From assembly GCA_030550585.1 (NCBI GenBank), contig JAUQPB010000001.1, forward strand, positions 771,250 to 790,482: a stretch of 19,233 nt of DNA, given 5' to 3'. The position numbers and the translations under genes were made by a program. The DNA comes from Thermoproteota archaeon. Lineage in GTDB: Archaea; Thermoproteota; Thermoprotei_A; Sulfolobales; Ignisphaeraceae. Of this stretch, positions 18,338 through 19,233 are shown piece by piece (position 1 is the stretch's first letter; each line of letters starts with the position of its first letter). Below the pieces are notes generated by a model. The model did no database searches. It was not told the origin of the DNA and saw only the letters and a program-made list of their open reading frames with translations.

Positions 18338-18766
18338 TTATTTCCAGTATTTTGGTGGCTCACTTTTTCTAAGTTTGGTGGTAGGTTCCCACCTAAATCT
18401 CCATAAACCTTTGCCAACATCTTCTAACACAAGTTGGAATTCACTAATAGTTTTATCGCTTAAAAGAACCTCATCAGCTAGAGGCGATATAACTATATCG
18501 ATATCTACTTCAGATGATATAGTGTCTTCTGCAACTACTACAGATTTACAGATCCTAGGCGCAATCCAGACTCTTAAGGGTCCTCCAGCAGTTTCAAAAA
18601 CTGTTTCTTCAAAGCTTTGTGTAGGAGGCCAAAGCCCTAGAGTCTGGGCAACAGGTATAGGAATTAAAATTTGTGGTGTTTCTGATTCGTAACCACTATT
18701 AGCTAAAGCACTTACATCAATACTTTTACTACCACAGAGAATCCTAACCTTAACCCTTACAACCAA
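18338..18766 (-). CDS. Retropepsin-like (clan AA) fold protein with NSG in place of DTG
   Basis: ALANSGY, LIPIPVAQTLGL, flap-like FETAGG and EVLLSD match the archaeal single-domain aspartyl-protease layout; RBS AAGGTG before TTG. Confidence 0.7.
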   Translation of the reverse strand: MVVRVKVRILCGSKSIDVSALANSGYESETPQILIPIPVAQTLGLWPPTQSFEETVFETAGGPLRVWIAPRICKSVVVAEDTISSEVDIDIVISPLADEVLLSDKTISEFQLVLEDVGKGLWRFRWEPTTKLRKSEPPKYWK

Positions 18767-19050
18767 AACTATGCACCTTTACAAGCCTTAATTCTCCCAA
18801 CTCTAGTCTTATGATCTCTAATAAGACCAACGAAAATCTTCTTCATAGAGTAAGCACCTCAAGCTACTTCTTAACTCAAAAAGATTATCTATTTATCTAC
18901 TGAAGCAACCTATATCTACCGATTTTCTTGACAATATTGATTAGATTATAGTTAACTACAGTAGATGGATTATGTGTCCAACTTAATGAATGATATCATC
19001 TTTCAGCAATCTCTGTATCGTTACATAGCTAAACCCAACTTATTATATAG

Positions 19051-19233
19051 ACTTTCTTTTCAGTATTCATCAACAAGGTAAGAGAATATTGTGACAAGAA
19101 TCTTTATCTAGATGAAGATCTAAACAGAGAGCACACTTTCGAAAGAGATATACCAGGATATGGTTTACCTAACGCCATCACCTTTGACGAAAATGGCTCT
19201 GCCTATATAGCTGGAGCAGGTATAGCTATGTTT
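19051..19233 (+). pseudogene. Beta-propeller-repeat protein fragment running off the window
   Basis: Frame reads ...DIPGYGLPNAITFDENGSAYIAGAGIAMF (SBBP/NHL-like blade); in-frame stops at 19030 and 19048 and no start codon before the motif. Confidence 0.4.

Noticed and set aside
18285-18692. Plus-strand 135-aa ORF, and minus ORF 17645-17896
   Set aside because: Antisense to the better-supported retropepsin-like and AEP genes.

Overview
Crenarchaeal-type (Thermoprotei-like by repeat style, GGTG/GAGGTG RBSs and BRE/TATA motifs; taxon is inference) CRISPR defence region. A tightly coupled 10-gene minus-strand operon (11118->137) encodes an archaeal type III-D-like effector module: cas11, cas7, cas7, cas7-like, an unassigned 102-aa gene, cas10 (HD and GGDD intact), cas7-like, cas5, cas7-like, csx1 (CARF-HEPN). 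Head-to-head with it lies an AT-rich ~580-609 aa orphan with a C-terminal PD-(D/E)xK-like domain. Two repeat families occur. Family A (24 nt, GAATCCAATAAATGGAATTGAAAG) has one copy at the window start and a 6-repeat array with leader at 14444-14800. Family B (25 nt hairpin, GAAACTCCCATAAGGGAGTAGAAAG) forms a 22-repeat array at 16083-17610. Where array B's leader is expected, the last repeat instead runs in frame into a truncated AEP primase-polymerase gene. The rest is small hypotheticals, decayed genes and a retropepsin-like protein. No cas1/2/4/6 was recognised. All calls come from motif reading by eye; no searches were run.
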